NCBI GenBank assembly: GCA_965116955.1
Contig: OZ220742.1
Span: forward strand, 3,038,542 to 3,102,541
Direction: 5' to 3'
DNA: 64,000 nt
From: Thermoanaerobaculia bacterium
GTDB lineage: Bacteria > Acidobacteriota > Thermoanaerobaculia > Multivoradales > Multivoraceae
In this document: in pieces, positions 41,551 to 51,315 of the stretch
Numbering within the stretch: the first letter of the stretch is position 1
How the letters are laid out: the number at the start of each line of letters is the position of its first letter
Program-made: the position numbers and the translations under genes
Notes under the pieces: model-generated
Databases searched by the model: none
What the model saw: the letters and a program-made list of their open reading frames with translations, nothing else
Told to the model about the DNA's origin: nothing

Positions 41551-42561
41551 ATGGCGCGAATCGCAGTTCTGACCGGAGGTTCGACGCCGGAGAGAACGGT
41601 CGCCCTGGCCGGGGCGGCCCAGGTCTCGGGCGCCCTGCGCGCCCGCGGCCACGAGGTCACCGTGTTCGACACGATCGAACCGGGAGCCCTGGACGCCGAA
41701 CTGGAACGGCAACGCCTGGGCCAGACAATCGGCGCCCGCCCGCCGTCGCTGGCAGAGTTGCGCGAACTGGAGGCGCGGGAAGATCTGCCGGCGCTTGTCG
41801 CGGGCGAGCTCGGCGACCACGAGGCTGTCTTCCTCGTGCTCCACGGCCGCCAGGGCGAGGGCGGCGAAGTCCAGGAACTGCTGGAGGCCGCCGGCATCGC
41901 TTTCACGGGCAGCGATGCCCGCGGCAGCCGGCTGGCGATGGACAAGGACCGAAGCAAGCGTCGCTTCCGCGATGCCGGGATCCCGACTCCCGACTGGCTG
42001 ACCTGGCCGGCTCGGCAGTCCGACATCGAAGCACTCGGCTTGCCCCTGATCGTCAAGCCGTCACGGGTGGGCTCGACGGTCGGCCTGACCCTGATGTCGG
42101 ATCTCTCCGACCTCGACTCGGCAGTTGGCAAGGCCCTGACCTTCGACGATCAGGTGATCCTGGAGCTGTTTCTGCCAGGGCGCGAGTACACGGTCGGCGT
42201 GCTGGACGGCCAGGCCCTTGGCGTCGGCGAGATCGTGGCGCCCGGCGTGATCTTCGACTTCCACAGCAAGTACACCCCGGGCCGGGCCCGCGAGCTCTTT
42301 CCGGCCGGGATCGACCAGGACCTCGAGGACCGCTTCCGCGAACTCGCCCTCGCCGCCCACGAGGCTCTTGGACTCCGTGACTTCTCCCGCGTCGACTTCC
42401 GCCTGGACGCCAAGGGCTCTCCCTACTGCCTCGAAGTCAACACCCTCCCGGGCATGACGCCGACCAGCCTTCTTCCCCAGTCCGCCGCCGTCTTCGGGAT
42501 CTCCTTCCGGGACCTCTGCGACCGGATGGTCCGCGCGGCCCTGAAGCGCCTGGGCTCCTAG
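41551..42561 (+). CDS. ddl: D-alanine--D-alanine ligase
   Basis: ATP-grasp motifs and length. LHGRQGEGGEVQELLEAAGIAFTGS and EVNTLPGMT are typical of Ddl. Confidence 0.9.
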   Translation: MARIAVLTGGSTPERTVALAGAAQVSGALRARGHEVTVFDTIEPGALDAELERQRLGQTIGARPPSLAELRELEAREDLPALVAGELGDHEAVFLVLHGRQGEGGEVQELLEAAGIAFTGSDARGSRLAMDKDRSKRRFRDAGIPTPDWLTWPARQSDIEALGLPLIVKPSRVGSTVGLTLMSDLSDLDSAVGKALTFDDQVILELFLPGREYTVGVLDGQALGVGEIVAPGVIFDFHSKYTPGRARELFPAGIDQDLEDRFRELALAAHEALGLRDFSRVDFRLDAKGSPYCLEVNTLPGMTPTSLLPQSAAVFGISFRDLCDRMVRAALKRLGS

Positions 42562-43745
42562 CCCGAGGCAGCCGCCGACCGCGGCCGGGGCAGGACGCCG
42601 TCGAGCGCTCCGCGCAGGTCGGCAACCAGGTCGTCCGCGTGCTCGATGCCGATCGAGAGTCGCAGAAGCTGGTCGCTGATGCCGGCCGCGGCGCGGGCCT
42701 CCGCCGTCATCGAGGCGTGGCTCATCGTCGCCGGATGGGAAACCAGACTCTCGACGCCGCCAAGGGACTCGGCGAAGGCGAAGCACGTCAGATGCGAGAC
42801 CAGGTGGGCCACGTCGCCGGTGTCGCCTCGGAGGTCGAAGCTCGCCATGGCGCCGAAGCCGTCCTGCTGGCGGCTGGCGATGTCGTGGCCGGGGTGGTCC
42901 GGCAGGCTCGGATGGTAGACCCGTTCGACGGCGGGATGCTCACGGAGCATCTCCACCACCGCAAGCGCGTTCTCTTCGTGGCAACGCAGGCGACTGTGCA
43001 GGGTGCGCAGGCCGCGCAGCGTCAGGTAGCTGTCGAAGGGAGCTCCGGCAACGCCCATCATGTTCGCCCACTCCTCGAAGAACTCGTGCAGTTCCGGAGT
43101 CGCCGCGATGACCGCGCCGCCGACGATGTCGCTGTGGCCGTTCAGGTACTTGGTGGTCGAGTGGATCACCATGTCGGCGCCCCGCTCGATGGGCCGCTGG
43201 AGCGCCGGCGACATGAAGGTGTTGTCCGCCACGACCAGCGCGCCGGCATCCTTCGCGTGCCGGCATACGTCTTCCATGTCGGTGATCCGAAGCAGCGGGT
43301 TGCTGGGCGTCTCGACCAGGACCAGCTTCGGGCGGGTGGAGAGGGCCGCGGCCATGGCCTCCGGATCCGTCAGATCGACGAACTCGACCTCGAGCAGGCC
43401 GCGCTGCCGGCAGCGATCCAGGAGCCGGAAGGTGCCGCCGTAGCAGTCGTGAGCCGCGACGATCCGGTCGCCCGGGTCGAGCAGTTGGCAGACCAGCGTC
43501 ACCGCCGCCATTCCGGAGGCGGTCACGACCGCGCCGTGACCCCCTTCGGCCTCGGCGAGAGCCTCCGCGAGGGCCGTGCGCGTCGGATTGCCGGAGCGCG
43601 TGTAGTCGTAGGGACGTTTGCCGTCCAGCCCGGCGAACGTGAAGTTGGCCGACAGGTGCAACGGCGGAACGACCGCTCCGTGATGTGCGTCGGTGGCGAG
43701 CGCCGCGCGGACGGCGCGGGTTGCCGGGTCGTGGTCCTTGGTCAT
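42558..43745 (-). CDS. metB: cystathionine gamma-synthase/beta-lyase family PLP enzyme (Cys/Met metabolism)
   Basis: HSTTKYLNGHSDIVGGAV PLP-lysine block and ~395 aa. Preceded by a SAM-I riboswitch. The metB versus metC/metZ assignment is tentative. Confidence 0.75.
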   Translation of the reverse strand: MTKDHDPATRAVRAALATDAHHGAVVPPLHLSANFTFAGLDGKRPYDYTRSGNPTRTALAEALAEAEGGHGAVVTASGMAAVTLVCQLLDPGDRIVAAHDCYGGTFRLLDRCRQRGLLEVEFVDLTDPEAMAAALSTRPKLVLVETPSNPLLRITDMEDVCRHAKDAGALVVADNTFMSPALQRPIERGADMVIHSTTKYLNGHSDIVGGAVIAATPELHEFFEEWANMMGVAGAPFDSYLTLRGLRTLHSRLRCHEENALAVVEMLREHPAVERVYHPSLPDHPGHDIASRQQDGFGAMASFDLRGDTGDVAHLVSHLTCFAFAESLGGVESLVSHPATMSHASMTAEARAAAGISDQLLRLSIGIEHADDLVADLRGALDGVLPRPRSAAASG

Positions 43746-43867
43746 GTGAGTCTCCGGTCGAAAGGGGTTGGATGGTCCCGCTTGCGCGGAACGGGCTCAA
43801 CGCTCTCCCGAGAAGACTTCTACGGAGAGTGAACCGGAGGAGGCGCCGAAACCGCTTGCGCGGCTCG

Positions 43868-43998
43868 TTGACTCATCTCTCGGCAAGCCCCGCCCGAGGA
43901 CGGAACTCCCGTAGGAGTTGGCACCTCCCGGAGTTGCGAAGCCCCGGTGGTTGCCCCGGCGTCAACGGGCCTGTCCCTCAGCCGGTCTCGATGAGTTG
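43868..43998 (-). ncRNA. SAM-I (S-box) riboswitch in the 5' leader of the metB-like gene
   Basis: On the minus strand: P1 ACUCAUC...GAUGAGU; GAGGGAcaGGCCC kink-turn/P2; GCCGGGGCAACC; GGUGCCAACUCC P4 motif; GAGAGAUGAG. These occur in canonical S-box order, about 120 nt upstream of the start codon. Confidence 0.7.
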
Positions 43999-44198
43999 CC
44001 CCGGCCACGGAGAACCGCGGCGGAGCGGACGAATGCTAGCAGACTGCCCCGCTAGTCGTGGGACCGTGAGTTGGCGCGGTGCTATGCTGCGGGCCGCCCC
44101 ACTGACCTGGATTCCGACGGCGAACACCGTTCGCCGTTTCTTGACTTTGTTGGACCGCACCTCCGCGACGGAAGTGCGTATACAGAAGGAGACGCAGG

Positions 44199-47100
44199 AT
44201 GAGGAACAAGGTTGGCTGGATTCGACCCGTGGGGTTTGCCGCACTGGCGCTCGCACTCTGCGCCACGGGAGGCTGGGCGCAGGCGACCGGACAGTTGAGC
44301 GGCTTCGTGACGGACAGCGAGGGCGGCGCCTTGCCGGGCGTCAGCGTCACCGTGACGAACGTCGCCACGAATCAATCCCGGCTGGTGATGACCGGACAGG
44401 ACGGGTACTTCGCAGCGCCGCTCCTGGCGCCGGGCGACTACAACGTGACGGCGGCGCTCGAGGGCTTCGTCCAGTTGAGCCGGGAGGGCGTCCGGGTCAC
44501 CGCGGCCGAGACCGCCAGGATCGCCATGGCGCTCTCGGTCGGTGAGTTCTCGGAGACGATGACCGTAACCGGCGAGACACCGCTGATCGAGACCTCGAAC
44601 GCCACCCTGGGCGTGGTCGTCGACGAGGCGAAGATCGTGCAGTTGCCGCTCAACGGCAGGAACTTCACCCAGTTGGGCACCCTGATCCCGGGCGTGGTTG
44701 AACCGCCGGCCCGTTTGGGCGGAGCGCGCGGCGACGCCGATGCCGCGATCCACGGCTTCGGCGCGGTAACCGCCGGCTTCGCGGTCAACGGCGTGCGCAA
44801 CCAGTCGAACAACTTCCTGCTGGACGGCGCCGCGAACAACGACACGTTCAACACCGGCTTCGTCGTGCGTCCGCCGCCGGACGCGATCGAGGAGTTCAAG
44901 ATTCTGACCCACTCCTACACGGCGGAGTTCGGCCGCAACGCCGGCTCGATCGTCAACGTGGTGACGAAGTCGGGCGGCAACAGCCTGCAGGGGAGCCTCT
45001 GGGAATTCAACCGCGACGACTCGCTGGAGTCCCGCAACTACTTCTCGCCGCCCGACCAGGAGAAGCCGACCCTCGCGCAGGATCAGTTCGGCGGCACCAT
45101 CGGCGGCCCGATGATGACGGATCGGCTGTTCGGCTTCGGCTACTACGAGGGCTTCCGGAACACTCGCGGCACGACCCAGAACATCGCCGTGATGTCCGCG
45201 GCCGAGCGGATGGGCGACTTCTCGGGAGGCGGCTCGATCGTCGACCCGATGACCGGTCAGCCATTCCCCGGCAACGTGATCCCGGCCGATCGGCTGAGCC
45301 CCATCGCGACCAGGCTGATCAACGACTTCATGCCGCTTCCCAACGCCGGCGGCAGGTACATCGTGTCGCCCGACGTGACGGACGACCGCGACCAGTTCGG
45401 GCTGCGTCTCGACTACCGGGTCACCGACTCGCAGAACATCCTGCTGCGAGCTCTCAGGAGCACATCGGACCGCTTCGAGCCGCCCACCGTGAGACCCATC
45501 GGCAACACCGCGGCGTCGACGCTCGAGGACTACATGCTGTCCCACACCGCCACGGTGGGGTCGAACGTCTTCAACCAGGTGCGCTACGTGACCAGCGCGA
45601 TCGACGCGGAACCGGTGGTGACGAGCGGCATCACGAACTCCGAATACGGCATCAACCTGCCGAACATCAACGACTTGGCCGTCGGTTTGCCGCAGTTCTC
45701 CATCTCGGGATTCCCGAGCATGGGCGACCGCAACCAGCCCTTCGTCAAGCGGGAGAACGAGGTCGAGCAGTTCACGGAGGATCTGACGATCCTGCGCGGC
45801 CGCCACACGATCAAGGCCGGCGTCGATATCCGCAACGAGAAGATGTTCATCGGCTTCATCAACCGGCCGAACGGCGACTTCGTGTTCAGGGGCACCCATA
45901 CCGGCAGCGCCGCGGCCGACTTTCTGCTCGGGTTGCCCTCCTTCATCCGGACCGCGGTGCCGGGCGCCGACTCGATCAACGAGGGTGACGGCTGGCTGTA
46001 CGCCGGGTACATCCAGGACGAGTTCCGGGTCTCTTCGCGCCTGACGCTGAATCTCGGTCTCAGGTACGAACTCGCGACGCCCTTCGAGGACACCGGCGAC
46101 GCGCTGAACAGCTTCCGGCCGGGCCAGCAGTCGACGCGCTTCCCCGACGCGCCGACCGGGCTGGTCTATCCGGGCGACGAGGGGGTGCCCGCGGGGACCT
46201 ACGACACGGACTCCAACAACTTCGCGCCGCGGCTGGCGATGGTCTGGGATCCCGAAGGCAACGGCCGCTCGAGCCTTCGCCTCGGCTGGGGGCTCTTCCA
46301 CGACAGCCTGCCGGGTCAGGGCGACTTCTTCCAGAACTCGGTCCTGGCGCCTCCGTTCAACCCCCTGATCCAGTTGAACGCGCCGCCCGCGGTGGTGACG
46401 CTCGCGGACCCGCTGGCCAACCTGACGGGCGGCCCGACGAGGTTCCCGCCGGGGATCATCTTCATTGGCTGGGGTTCGCACTTCACGACGCCGTCCTACC
46501 AGCACTTCAACGCGACCTACCAGCGTCAGCTCGGCCAGAACGTCGGGCTCGAGGTCGGCTGGGTCGGATCGCGGGGCCGGAACCTGCCGATCTTCATGGA
46601 GGTCAATCCGCGCGTCGTCGAACCGGGCCAGACGACGCTCGGACCACGTCAGTTTCCGGCGTTCAGCCTGGTGCGGCCGACCTTCACCGTGGCCAAGTCC
46701 TGGTACGACGCGTTGCAGGCCAGCATTCGCATGCGGCCGACGCGCGGTCTGAACTTCCTGTTCTCGTACACCTACGGCGAGGCGGAAGACCACGTCTCCG
46801 GGCTGAACATCGGCGGCGAGGAACGGCCGATCATCCCGGTCGATCTGGAGCGACTGAGCTCCATCGACCAGGCGCTGGAACGCGAGCGAGGTCCGGCGCT
46901 GTTCGACGTGGAGCACCGGCTGGTGTTCAGTTTCGGCTATGACCTGCCGTCGCTCGAGGGCCGTAGCGGATTCGTGCGCGGCGTGTTCGGCAACTGGCAG
47001 TTGAACGGCATCCTGCAGTATCAGACCGGGTACCCGTTCCCGATCCGGGTCCGTGGCGACGACATCCGCGGTCTGACTTCGAGGCCAGACCAGGTTTGCG

Positions 47101-47438
47101 ACCCGAACGCGGGCGCGCCGAACTCGGTCGAGAAGTGGTTCAACACGGAGTGCTTCGTGCCATTGACGCTGGCCGAGACGGCAACGCGACGCGGCAACGC
47201 GGGGCGCAACCCGATCCGCGGACCGGACTTCGAGCGGGTCGACCTGTCACTGATCAAGCACATACCGCTAGGCGGCGGCGACCGGTCCTTCCAGCTTCGC
47301 GTCGAGGCGTTCAACGTCTTCGACCGGGTCAACTTCGCCCAGCCGGGGAACCGTGTAGGCGACCGCGACTACGGAATGATCACCGCCACGAACGGGGACG
47401 GCAGGATCGTCCAGCTCGGAATCAAGTACAGCTTCTGA
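44199..47438 (+). CDS. TonB-dependent outer-membrane receptor with N-terminal carboxypeptidase-regulatory-like domain (Oar-like)
   Basis: Signal peptide; LSGFVTDSEGGALPGVSVTVTNVATNQSRLVMTGQDGYF CarboxypepD_reg pattern; plug and barrel regions; C-terminal GIKYSF. ATG is preceded by an AAGGAGA RBS. Confidence 0.85.
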   Translation: MRNKVGWIRPVGFAALALALCATGGWAQATGQLSGFVTDSEGGALPGVSVTVTNVATNQSRLVMTGQDGYFAAPLLAPGDYNVTAALEGFVQLSREGVRVTAAETARIAMALSVGEFSETMTVTGETPLIETSNATLGVVVDEAKIVQLPLNGRNFTQLGTLIPGVVEPPARLGGARGDADAAIHGFGAVTAGFAVNGVRNQSNNFLLDGAANNDTFNTGFVVRPPPDAIEEFKILTHSYTAEFGRNAGSIVNVVTKSGGNSLQGSLWEFNRDDSLESRNYFSPPDQEKPTLAQDQFGGTIGGPMMTDRLFGFGYYEGFRNTRGTTQNIAVMSAAERMGDFSGGGSIVDPMTGQPFPGNVIPADRLSPIATRLINDFMPLPNAGGRYIVSPDVTDDRDQFGLRLDYRVTDSQNILLRALRSTSDRFEPPTVRPIGNTAASTLEDYMLSHTATVGSNVFNQVRYVTSAIDAEPVVTSGITNSEYGINLPNINDLAVGLPQFSISGFPSMGDRNQPFVKRENEVEQFTEDLTILRGRHTIKAGVDIRNEKMFIGFINRPNGDFVFRGTHTGSAAADFLLGLPSFIRTAVPGADSINEGDGWLYAGYIQDEFRVSSRLTLNLGLRYELATPFEDTGDALNSFRPGQQSTRFPDAPTGLVYPGDEGVPAGTYDTDSNNFAPRLAMVWDPEGNGRSSLRLGWGLFHDSLPGQGDFFQNSVLAPPFNPLIQLNAPPAVVTLADPLANLTGGPTRFPPGIIFIGWGSHFTTPSYQHFNATYQRQLGQNVGLEVGWVGSRGRNLPIFMEVNPRVVEPGQTTLGPRQFPAFSLVRPTFTVAKSWYDALQASIRMRPTRGLNFLFSYTYGEAEDHVSGLNIGGEERPIIPVDLERLSSIDQALERERGPALFDVEHRLVFSFGYDLPSLEGRSGFVRGVFGNWQLNGILQYQTGYPFPIRVRGDDIRGLTSRPDQVCDPNAGAPNSVEKWFNTECFVPLTLAETATRRGNAGRNPIRGPDFERVDLSLIKHIPLGGGDRSFQLRVEAFNVFDRVNFAQPGNRVGDRDYGMITATNGDGRIVQLGIKYSF

Positions 47439-47493
47439 TCAGTCGGTGTTGTCGCCCGCATCCTGAAGCCGGGATGCGGGCGACTCGCCGTAC

Positions 47494-47778
47494 TCAGCGG
47501 GCTTCGTCCGCCTTGCCCCGGTGGACGAACCAGAGGTTGCGGGCGTAGACGAGCACTCCGAAGCTCTGGCCGGTGATGAACACCGGGTCATTGATCGAGA
47601 TGGCGTAGCTCAGCAGGGTCAGGCCACCGAAGAGGCTCAAGTACCAGAAGGCGGTCGGAACGACGCTCTGGCGGCGTCGCTCCGTGGCAATCCACTGGAC
47701 CAGGAAACGAGAGCCGAAGAGGGCCTGGCCTCCGAAACCTACTGCCTTCCAGATGAGATCGGGTGTGACGGGTGGCAT
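47494..47778 (-). CDS. lipid-A-disaccharide synthase N-terminal domain (LAB_N) small membrane protein
   Basis: GFGGQALFGSRFLVQWIATE motif and ~94 aa with 3 TM segments. Overlaps the upstream GT2 gene end by about 40 nt. Confidence 0.65.
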   Translation of the reverse strand: MPPVTPDLIWKAVGFGGQALFGSRFLVQWIATERRRQSVVPTAFWYLSLFGGLTLLSYAISINDPVFITGQSFGVLVYARNLWFVHRGKADEAR

Positions 47779-48497
47779 GGTGAGCGCTCCAGTGCTTTGA
47801 CGGTGACGGAGACCGCGCGCCGGCGGTACCAGGAGACGCCGAACAGATCCAGAACTCCCCGCAGGAAGCGGCCCCGGATGCTGTACTTGCTCGCACCTTC
47901 CGTGCGCGCGCGGTGTCCGACCGGGATCTCAGCGTAGCTTCCGCCGCGCCGCAAGGCCAAGAGGGGCAGAAACCGGTGAAGTCCGTCGAAGGGGGGCAGG
48001 TCTTCGAGGGCGGCGGCGCGGTAGCCCTTGAGTGCGCACCCGATGTCGGTGCATGGGTCGCCGAGGACGAGGCGCCGGACCCGGTTGGAGACGCGGCTCG
48101 CAAGCCGTCGCAGGAGCGTGTCCCTGCGTTTCGCGCGTACGCCGGAGACGACGTCGTGGTCCTCGAGCAGAGCGACGATGGCCGGGATGTCCCCGGGGTC
48201 GTTCTGTAGATCGGCGTCCATCGTCACGATCAGGGGCGCTCGGGAGGCGCGAATCCCGGCGAGCAGTGCGGCCGACTGGCCAGCGTGCCGCTCCAGACCG
48301 AGAACCCGTAACCTGACGTCGTCCTCCGCCAGGCCGGCAAGATCCTCGCGGCTGCCGTCCGTACTCACGTCGTCGACCAGGATCAGCTCGTAGTCCAGAC
48401 CGGCGCCGGCCATCGCGTTGCGTGTCTCCACCACGAGTCGATTCAGGTTGCCCGCCTCGTTGTACACCGGGGCGACGATCGAGAGCTGCGGCGGCAT
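47739..48497 (-). CDS. family-2 glycosyltransferase (polyprenyl-phosphate sugar transferase, ArnC/DPM1-like)
   Basis: SIVAPVYNEAGNL, LILVDDVSTDGS and TMDADLQNDP (DXD) motifs. Start taken at the internal Met before SIVAPVYNE. Confidence 0.75.
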   Translation of the reverse strand: MPPQLSIVAPVYNEAGNLNRLVVETRNAMAGAGLDYELILVDDVSTDGSREDLAGLAEDDVRLRVLGLERHAGQSAALLAGIRASRAPLIVTMDADLQNDPGDIPAIVALLEDHDVVSGVRAKRRDTLLRRLASRVSNRVRRLVLGDPCTDIGCALKGYRAAALEDLPPFDGLHRFLPLLALRRGGSYAEIPVGHRARTEGASKYSIRGRFLRGVLDLFGVSWYRRRAVSVTVKALERSPCHPSHPISSGRQ

Positions 48498-48545
48498 GAC
48501 GGCTGCTCCGATCCTAGCTACTGGCGCGTTGATACCCTCCCGCCC

Positions 48546-49166
48546 GTGCTGCTCATCGTGCGCCACGGCGAGACCGCGTCGAACGCCGCCCGCGTCGTAC
48601 AGACGCCGGGCACGCCTCTCAACGAGCGCGGCGTCGGCCAGGCGGAGCGCCTGGCGTCGCGGTTGCTGGAGCACCACCGGCAACGTCCGATCGGTTGCGT
48701 GGTCGCGAGCGATCTGCGCCGCGCGGAGATGACCGCGGAGCCGGTGGCGGGGGCCCTGGGACTGCCTCTGCTCATCGAGCCCCTGCTCGCCGAACGGAAC
48801 TTCGGCGACCTGCGGGGGCGGGCCTATGCCGACATCGGCCTCGACATCATGGAACCCGGCTACGCGCCACCGGGCGGAGAGGACTGGGAGACGTTCCACG
48901 GTCGGGTGGACGCGGCCTGGGCCCGGATTCAGCAGACGGCCGAGACGACGGAGGGAGACAGCGTCTTCGTCACCCACGGCCTCGTCTGCTACTCGCTGGC
49001 GCTCCGTCATCTACACCTCGGTGACGGTGTGGAACCTCCCACCCGCTGGGGCAATACGTCCGTCACTCATGTGGGGGGCCGCGCGCCCTGGGAAGCGTCC
49101 CTGGTCAACTGCTGCGAGCACCTCGATGCCGCGACCGCGGACGGCGGTCAGGTGTCCGGCATCTGA
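48546..49166 (+). CDS. histidine phosphatase family protein (phosphoglycerate mutase-like)
   Basis: LIVRHGET catalytic His motif near the N-terminus and ~200 aa. GTG start. Confidence 0.7.
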   Translation: MLLIVRHGETASNAARVVQTPGTPLNERGVGQAERLASRLLEHHRQRPIGCVVASDLRRAEMTAEPVAGALGLPLLIEPLLAERNFGDLRGRAYADIGLDIMEPGYAPPGGEDWETFHGRVDAAWARIQQTAETTEGDSVFVTHGLVCYSLALRHLHLGDGVEPPTRWGNTSVTHVGGRAPWEASLVNCCEHLDAATADGGQVSGI

Positions 49167-49294
49167 CCGCCACGTTGGCTTCAGGGGTCGCCGGGTTCGT
49201 GCCGGGGGCTCGGATAAAGTTCGATTCCCCGCTGTTCGGGAAGAACCGGGCGGGAAGAACCCGGGCCGTCTCCGGGTTGGGAGAGTCGACCGAG

Positions 49295-50362
49295 ATGACG
49301 ATGGATTCGAGCGAGAACATTCCAACCGAGCGGCCTTTGGCGGTGCCCCAGGCGCCGCCGGCCGGGCCTGCCGTGCCGGGCGTCAGCGAAGAGCTGCGCA
49401 CGGAGATCGCCGCCCAGGCCGACCTGCTCCAGCGCGTCCGCGCCGAGGTAGCCAAGGTGATCGTCGGCCAGACCTACATGATCGATCGGTTGCTGATGGC
49501 GCTCATCGCCGACGGACACGTCCTGGTCGAGGGCATTCCGGGACTGGCCAAGACGACCGCGATCAAGACGCTGGCTGAAGCGGTTCATACCGGTTTCTCG
49601 CGCATCCAGTTCACCCCCGACCTGCTGCCGGCGGACCTTCTCGGCACGCAGATCTACCGGGCCGATCAACACGACTTCCAGGTCAAGCAGGGACCGATCT
49701 TCACGAACCTGTTGCTCGCCGACGAGATCAACCGCGCGCCGGCAAAGGTCCAGAGCGCGTTGCTGGAGGCGATGCAGGAACGGCAGGTCACGCTGGGCGA
49801 CGAGACCTTCGATCTGCCCGATCCGTTCCTGGTCCTCGCGACCCAGAATCCGATCGAGCAGGAGGGCACGTATCCCTTGCCGGAGGCGCAGGTCGACCGC
49901 TTCATGCTGAAGCTGTGCGTGGACTACCCGGACCGTCAGGAGGAGATGGAGATCATGCGGCGGATGGCCCGCCGCGAGCGGCCGGCGGTCGAGGCGGTGG
50001 TGAGTCCGGAGGACATCCGTCGCGCGCGCGACGTGGCCGACGCGATCTACCTCGACCCGAAGGTCGAGGAGTACGTGGTCGACCTCGTGTTCGCGACGCG
50101 GGAGCCGGCCGGGGTCGGCCTCGAGAAGCTCGAGCCGCTGATCGAGTACGGAGCGTCGCCGCGCGCGACGATCTACCTCGCCGCTGCCGCCCGTGTGCAG
50201 GCCCTCATGTCGGGCCGCGCCTACGTCACGCCCCAGGACGTCAAGACCGTGGCCCCGGACGTGCTCAGGCACCGGGTGCTGATCTCGTACGAGGCCGAGG
50301 CCAGGGATCTCACCTCGGACGACCTGATCCAGGAGCTCCTCAACACCGTCGACGTTCCCTGA
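49295..50362 (+). CDS. MoxR-family AAA+ ATPase
   Basis: Walker A GIPGLAKT, LLADEINRAPAKVQSALLEAMQERQVT, NPIEQEGTYPLPEAQVDRF. Confidence 0.85.
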   Translation: MTMDSSENIPTERPLAVPQAPPAGPAVPGVSEELRTEIAAQADLLQRVRAEVAKVIVGQTYMIDRLLMALIADGHVLVEGIPGLAKTTAIKTLAEAVHTGFSRIQFTPDLLPADLLGTQIYRADQHDFQVKQGPIFTNLLLADEINRAPAKVQSALLEAMQERQVTLGDETFDLPDPFLVLATQNPIEQEGTYPLPEAQVDRFMLKLCVDYPDRQEEMEIMRRMARRERPAVEAVVSPEDIRRARDVADAIYLDPKVEEYVVDLVFATREPAGVGLEKLEPLIEYGASPRATIYLAAAARVQALMSGRAYVTPQDVKTVAPDVLRHRVLISYEAEARDLTSDDLIQELLNTVDVP

Positions 50363-50380
50363 GACCGCCCAAAGGGATCG

Positions 50381-51313
50381 ATGTTCTTCTTCAAGCCAGA
50401 GCGGAACGAGGCCCCGGAGCAGGAGACGGCGACTCTCTCGCCCGAGCTGCTCGCGCGGATCAAGGCGATCCAGATCCGCACCCAGCGCCTGGTGACCGAT
50501 GCGCTGGCCGGGGAGTACCACAGCGCCTTCAAGGGAAGGGGCATGGAGTTCGAGCAGGTGCGCGAGTACGCACCGGGAGACGACATTCGCCACATCGACT
50601 GGAACGTGACGGCGCGCATGTCGAGCCCCTTCGTCAAGGAGCACCGCGAGGAGCGGGAGTTGACGGTGATGCTGATCGTCGACGTGAGTTCCTCGGGGGC
50701 CTTCGGCACCTCCGGCAAGCAGAAGCGGGAGGTCGTCGCGGAGCTGGCCGCGGTGCTCGCGTATCTCGCGATCCAGAACAACGACCGGGTGGGGATGATC
50801 ATCTTCTCGGATCGCATCGAGCGGTTCATTCCGCCCAAGAAGGGGCGCGCGCACGTGTGGCGGGTGATCCGGGAAGTCCTGAGCTTCCGGCCCACGGGTC
50901 GCGGCACGGACCTGGACGGCGCGCTCGAGTACCTTGGCCGTGTCGTTCGGCGCCGGTCGGTGGGGTTCGTCATCTCGGACTTCCTGGATACGGGCTTTGC
51001 GGAACGCCTGCGGGTGGCGGCGCGGCGTCACGATCTGACGGCGATCCGGGTGCTCGACCAGCGCGAGGTGAGCCTGCCGCGCATGGGGCTCGTCGAGCTC
51101 GAGGACGCGGAAACGGGCCAGACGCTGGTCATCGACACGGCGGACCGGCGGGTCTCGGAGAGCTTCGTCCGGCTGGCCAGGCAGGACATGGAGCGGCGCA
51201 CGGAGCAGTTCCGGCAGGCGGGTGTCGGGGAGATTCAGGTCTGGGCCGACCGGCCCTGGATCGAGCCCCTTGTGCGTTACATGCGAGCGCGGGAACAGTC
51301 GGTGCGGGTGTAG
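50381..51313 (+). CDS. DUF58-domain protein (MoxR-associated, VWA-like)
   Basis: EFEQVREYAPGDDIRHIDWNVTAR signature. Confidence 0.8.
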   Translation: MFFFKPERNEAPEQETATLSPELLARIKAIQIRTQRLVTDALAGEYHSAFKGRGMEFEQVREYAPGDDIRHIDWNVTARMSSPFVKEHREERELTVMLIVDVSSSGAFGTSGKQKREVVAELAAVLAYLAIQNNDRVGMIIFSDRIERFIPPKKGRAHVWRVIREVLSFRPTGRGTDLDGALEYLGRVVRRRSVGFVISDFLDTGFAERLRVAARRHDLTAIRVLDQREVSLPRMGLVELEDAETGQTLVIDTADRRVSESFVRLARQDMERRTEQFRQAGVGEIQVWADRPWIEPLVRYMRAREQSVRV

Positions 51314-51315
51314 GA

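Noticed and set aside
44000-44198. Possible cobalamin riboswitch upstream of the TonB-dependent receptor (a CCCACTG string resembling a B12 box)
   Set aside because: Only a partial B12-box-like heptamer. The other conserved cobalamin-riboswitch elements were not evident by eye, so it is not called. A cmsearch with RF00174 would settle it.
44082-46916. 944-aa minus-strand ORF opposite the TonB-dependent receptor
   Set aside because: Antisense. The receptor frame has CarboxypepD_reg/plug/barrel features and a C-terminal Phe.
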